Assembly (NCBI GenBank): GCA_963796955.1
Contig: CAWCNJ010000008.1
Coordinates: 500,067-564,066, forward strand
DNA length: 64,000 bases
Reading direction: 5' to 3'
DNA from: Endomicrobiales bacterium
GTDB taxonomy: Bacteria > Elusimicrobiota > Endomicrobiia > Endomicrobiales > JALOBY01
Numbering within the stretch: the stretch's first letter is position 1; every line of letters begins with the position of its first letter. Below are positions 60,577 to 64,000 of this stretch, in pieces. Both the position numbers and the translations under genes were made by a program. The notes beneath the pieces are model-generated. The model saw nothing but the letters and a program-made list of their open reading frames with translations. It did no database searches and was not told where the DNA came from.

Positions 60577-61904
60577 CTAAAAATCTGTTTCGAAGGGTTG
60601 GGTGGAAAGAGAAAAGCTCAGGGAGGTACCTTTGCCTACCGTACTGGATATATCCAGGCGGGTGCGGTGGGAGGCAAGGATGTCTCTGACAATGCCCATG
60701 CCCAGGCCCCAGCCGGTCTGTTTACTGGAATGGAAATCATTAGAGATCTCCTGTATCCTTTCTGCAGATATGCCGCACCCGTTGTCCGCTATAGAAACAT
60801 TGACCGATCCGCCGCCGGGCTCCAGGTCTACCATCAGCAGCCCTTTTTCCGCGGAACCTGACTCGATCGCCTCGATCGAGTTTTTCAGCAGGTTAAAAAA
60901 AACTTGCTGGATCTCTTCCGGGCAGCCAAAAACCATTGTCGAAACGCGGGGATCGTAGCCTTTAATGAACCGGATCACTTTATTCAGCCTGCCCATTTGT
61001 GACACCACGATCACTCTGTCGATAACTTCATTGAGCGGGAACAGCATCTTCTTGCCGTGGCCTGGCCGCACAAAACCGCTCAGGTTACCGATGAGCCCTT
61101 CCATGCGCCTGACCTCTCCAACGGCGTTCTCTATGATCGTGTGGGTCTCGCCGCCTTCATTAAAGTCCAGCTGCAGGGACTGCAAAACGCCCTTAATAAC
61201 GGTGATCGGGCTGCGGATATCGTGGGCGACCCGTGCGGTTAAATAGCCCAGCTGGTACATCCGGTCCATTTTTATTATCTGCTGCCGGTACTTTTCCTTT
61301 TCGTCAAATTCCAGCTGAACTTTCTTACGTAGATCCACCACAACATTCTTTTCATACGTGATAGAGACCGCTAAAAACCCTATCGTGGCCAGCGCGACTA
61401 AAACCGTAAAAAGCGGGCTCGCATAGATCGTGCCCGCTGAAACGTCGTGCTGCGGCAGGATCCCGAAGAACTCCGCCGTGACCATACCGATATATAATAA
61501 CAGCATAAAAGTAAGACCGCCTCTGATATCGATCCCCAGGGAGAAGTCGGCCAACAGCAGGCAGATCATAACAGGAGTGAAAGGTGATGAGATCCCTCCG
61601 GAGCCATGGATAATAACGATGGTAAGCACGATATTTACCAGCTGCATTATGAAAATGTGCATCGGTTTGATACGGTAAAAGAACATAAGCGCCAGCAGAT
61701 GCATTGCAGCGGAAACACCCAGAGCCCAGGTCAAACCGTGGCTGAAAGGAGATGTGCGGGAAAGAGCGCTACGACGACAACCAGGGAAACGATCACTGCC
61801 GTCACCAGCAATTGCCGGCGGAAAAGTTTTGTCAGCGGCACGTTATTCTTGAAAATATCGGTAGTGCCGCAATGGTTGGTTATATACCGTTTCAGCCAGT
61901 TCAT
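60577..61904 (-). CDS. Polytopic membrane sensor histidine kinase; probable frameshift near 61760
   Basis: AHDIRSP, NLLKNSIEA, DNGCGI, GWGLG; upstream frame MNWLKRY..LLVTAVIVSLVVVVAL starts at an ATGA overlap with the previous gene. Confidence 0.85.
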
Positions 61905-62443
61905 AGAGGGCTCGATCCTTCACGCTCAAAACCAAATTGCCAGTAGCGCACGAAGGTTGGTGCGACCAGCATAAGAAAGATATAACCGACAAACACCTCT
62001 ACCGGCATACCGATGAAAGGTATGTTTTTGCCGCTGAAACCCAGAACCGCGTAATTATAATCCCAAACCCCGGCCATCAAACCGAACTTCTCGAAAGGTA
62101 TCGATATAAGAGGCATCGCCATAATGTCGGTCAAAAAGATCCTTTTATCGAACGGGATTATAGCGGGTTCTTTGAACAGCCATACATACAGTTTTTCCGA
62201 AAGGAAGACCGCGACCGTGAACATGACCCCCCAACCGAAAACCACGCCCGGAGGAGTATCCTTATAGATCGCAAAATGAAAGTGATAGTTCCACATGGGC
62301 TCGGTGGCGAACTCGAAAAAAACTCCCACGATCATGCCGGCTGCAAGATCGCCCACCACATTACGCTTCGCCAGCTTCCAAAAAAGCAGAGCGACGACAG
62401 GTACCTGCAGATATGACCAGACCTCCAGAACATGCAGCAGCAT
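61901..62443 (-). CDS. Membrane protein, lycopene-cyclase/CruF-like repeats (paralog B)
   Basis: E..TEP.W.Y..PPG..FGW and FEK.G..GVWDY..GMPVE. Confidence 0.6.
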   Translation of the reverse strand: MLLHVLEVWSYLQVPVVALLFWKLAKRNVVGDLAAGMIVGVFFEFATEPMWNYHFHFAIYKDTPPGVVFGWGVMFTVAVFLSEKLYVWLFKEPAIIPFDKRIFLTDIMAMPLISIPFEKFGLMAGVWDYNYAVLGFSGKNIPFIGMPVEVFVGYIFLMLVAPTFVRYWQFGFEREGSSPL

Positions 62444-62445
62444 AG

Positions 62446-62979
62446 TCAGCGCCTCCCGGTCGCAAAACCGTCCTGCCAGTAACGAACAAAACTCGGGCCT
62501 ATAAGCATCAGAAAAATATACCCGACCAGGGCTTCTACCGGCATGTTAAAAACCGGTATCACTTTGCCGCTCCAGCCGAGGATCGAATAATTGTAACTCC
62601 AGACATTTGCCATCAGTCCGAATTTTTCAAAAGGCAGGGCTATCAAAGGAGCCGCGAGAACATCCGTAAGAAGTATACGTTTGTCGTAAGGAATAATATG
62701 TACCTGCTTGAACATTTTTTTGTACAGCAGTTCGGACAGATATACCGACAGCGTAAAAAGCACTCCCCAGCCGAAAATAATACCGGGCGGGATATCTTTG
62801 TAGATCGTGAAATGAAAATGGTAATCCCATAACGGTTCGGTTGACAACTCCACAAAAACACCGACGATCATGCCCGCGAACAGATCGCCGGAGACATTCC
62901 GTTTCGCCAGCTTCCAGAACAGCCAGCCCGTCAGCGGCGCCTGCACATACGTCCAAATCTCTAACACGTCAAGAAGCAT
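62446..62979 (-). CDS. Membrane protein, lycopene-cyclase/CruF-like repeats (paralog A)
   Basis: Same two motifs; clear paralog of 61901-62443. Confidence 0.6.
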   Translation of the reverse strand: MLLDVLEIWTYVQAPLTGWLFWKLAKRNVSGDLFAGMIVGVFVELSTEPLWDYHFHFTIYKDIPPGIIFGWGVLFTLSVYLSELLYKKMFKQVHIIPYDKRILLTDVLAAPLIALPFEKFGLMANVWSYNYSILGWSGKVIPVFNMPVEALVGYIFLMLIGPSFVRYWQDGFATGRR

Positions 62980-63457
62980 TGTTTGCCTCCCTCGGCAGGG
63001 TATTGTATTTTACATGACGCGCCACACGACCGGTTCTCTTTTTTAGCTGGCGGTAGATCAATAACATCGTGCAGACAACGAACAACGGCGGTATCCAGTA
63101 AAAGATCAAAAGTTCTTCAAGCGGCACACCCCAGATAAAGACACCGCACAAGATGTTGCAATTGTATACCCAGTGGCCGCGCGATATCGCCCAGTGCTCC
63201 CAGAAAAAGAACATACATTCTGACAACGCAAGCATGGGGAGCGCAGCCTTCCAGTTAATAGAGCGGCTCGCCAGGTGGTACACATAGATGAATAAAACGA
63301 TAAACGGTAACGCCAGACAGAAAAGACCGGGCCACTGTGTACCCCGTGCGTACGTCCACAGCCGTTTAGGATCCCAGCGCAGGAGCGGGCGCAGGTACCA
63401 GATCGGACGGCTGTGTGCAATTTCCTCGATCTCAGGTTCAAGCGGTAGAGGCGGCAC
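62969..63457 (-). CDS. Lycopene cyclase (CrtYc/d-like) domain membrane protein
   Basis: WEHWAISRGHWVYN..G..IWGVPLEE. Confidence 0.7.
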   Translation of the reverse strand: MPPLPLEPEIEEIAHSRPIWYLRPLLRWDPKRLWTYARGTQWPGLFCLALPFIVLFIYVYHLASRSINWKAALPMLALSECMFFFWEHWAISRGHWVYNCNILCGVFIWGVPLEELLIFYWIPPLFVVCTMLLIYRQLKKRTGRVARHVKYNTLPREANNAS

Positions 63458-63788
63458 GGGGTTTTCTCCTCTTAGGCAGCAGCTTGTTTAAAAATAAGTA
63501 AACCAGCATAAAAAATACAGGGGCACCGAACCAGAAGACGAATTCTTCGATCGGCGCTCCCCATAGATAGATCCCGACCAGGGGATCTATCTGTTCGGAA
63601 AAATTCCAGAAATCAAGTTTTAAATAGACATACTCGCAAACAAAAGTAACCGGCAGCCATATACACAAATTGATCCAGAACGACTTTATCCTGTCATGAT
63701 TTATCTTTCTAAGCATGACCAATCCGATATACAGGATCAGGGACGGCAGCCAGAAGATACAAATATCCGCAACAAGATAGCGTGGCAT
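63438..63788 (-). CDS. Lycopene cyclase (CrtYc/d-like) domain membrane protein
   Basis: CEY..FWNFS..GIYLWGAPIEEFVFW. Confidence 0.7.
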   Translation of the reverse strand: MPRYLVADICIFWLPSLILYIGLVMLRKINHDRIKSFWINLCIWLPVTFVCEYVYLKLDFWNFSEQIDPLVGIYLWGAPIEEFVFWFGAPVFFMLVYLFLNKLLPKRRKPRAASTA

Positions 63789-63794
63789 ATATAT

Positions 63795-63823
63795 AGTCTA
63801 ATTAAAGAAACCGCGTTTGTAAA
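63795..63823 (-). promoter_or_regulatory. Sigma-70 promoter, probably giving a leaderless mRNA
   Basis: TTTACA-17-TAGACT, then 6 nt, then ATG 63788; no SD. Confidence 0.6.
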
Positions 63824-63872
63824 GAGCTATACTATGAAATGTTATAAATATAAGAAATATTAGAAATTAAAG

Positions 63873-63910
63873 AAAAAAAACGGGCCGAAACCTTGAAGGC
63901 TTCGGCCCGT
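63873..63910 (-). terminator. Intrinsic terminator
   Basis: ACGGGCCGAA..TTCGGCCCGT with T8 on -. Confidence 0.85.
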
Positions 63911-63933
63911 CGTACTGTTTGTAATGTGCTGGT

Positions 63934-64000
63934 TTATTTCTTAGCTGCGTACACCTTTTTCATGTCATCTAGTGAAAGAGACTTATAGTCGTCTGAATAG
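63934..64000 (-). CDS. C-terminus of a gene truncated by the window (..YSDDYKSLSLDDMKKVYAAKK)
   Basis: Open frame ending in TAA just before a strong terminator. Confidence 0.5.
   Translation of the reverse strand, partial: YSDDYKSLSLDDMKKVYAAKK

Noticed and set aside
59735..61904. Kinase and receiver as a certain cognate pair
   Set aside because: They are separated by a thioesterase gene and an apparent internal promoter (TTCCAA-17-TATAAT); pairing is unproven

Overview
Mostly housekeeping bacterial chromosome with diderm features (several outer-membrane beta-barrels). The gene set and style suggest an anaerobe, possibly Elusimicrobiota-like; this is an inference, not a search result. The window contains the probable replication terminus: a 28-bp dif site (7992-8019) sits in an AT-rich gap where gene orientation flips. 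All genes to its left are on +, and about 65 genes to its right are on - with one exception. Left arm: an exact 95-bp tandem palindromic repeat, tRNA-Pro(CGG), acyP, a sigma-70 factor, apt, tRNA-Arg(CCT), and PHP, TPR, OM-barrel and GH57 genes. Right arm, housekeeping: leuACDB-asd-truA, psd-pssA, an interrupted gmk-rpoZ-coaC/coaB-priA-def-fmt-rsmB-rlmN cluster, ileS-lspA-lgt-rluD, groESL with two CIRCE operators, coaX and fumarase/malic enzyme. Right arm, accessory: a small islet (HicBA, RelBE-like pair, orphan Pycsar-type membrane effector, patatin) flanked by a mirrored wobble-base skew, PilB plus HD-GYP, a block of OM proteins, and four lycopene-cyclase/CruF-like membrane proteins coupled to a membrane histidine kinase. 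At least five single-base frameshifts look like assembly errors rather than biology. No CRISPR array, integrase or transposase was seen. All family calls come from motif recognition by eye; no database searches were run.
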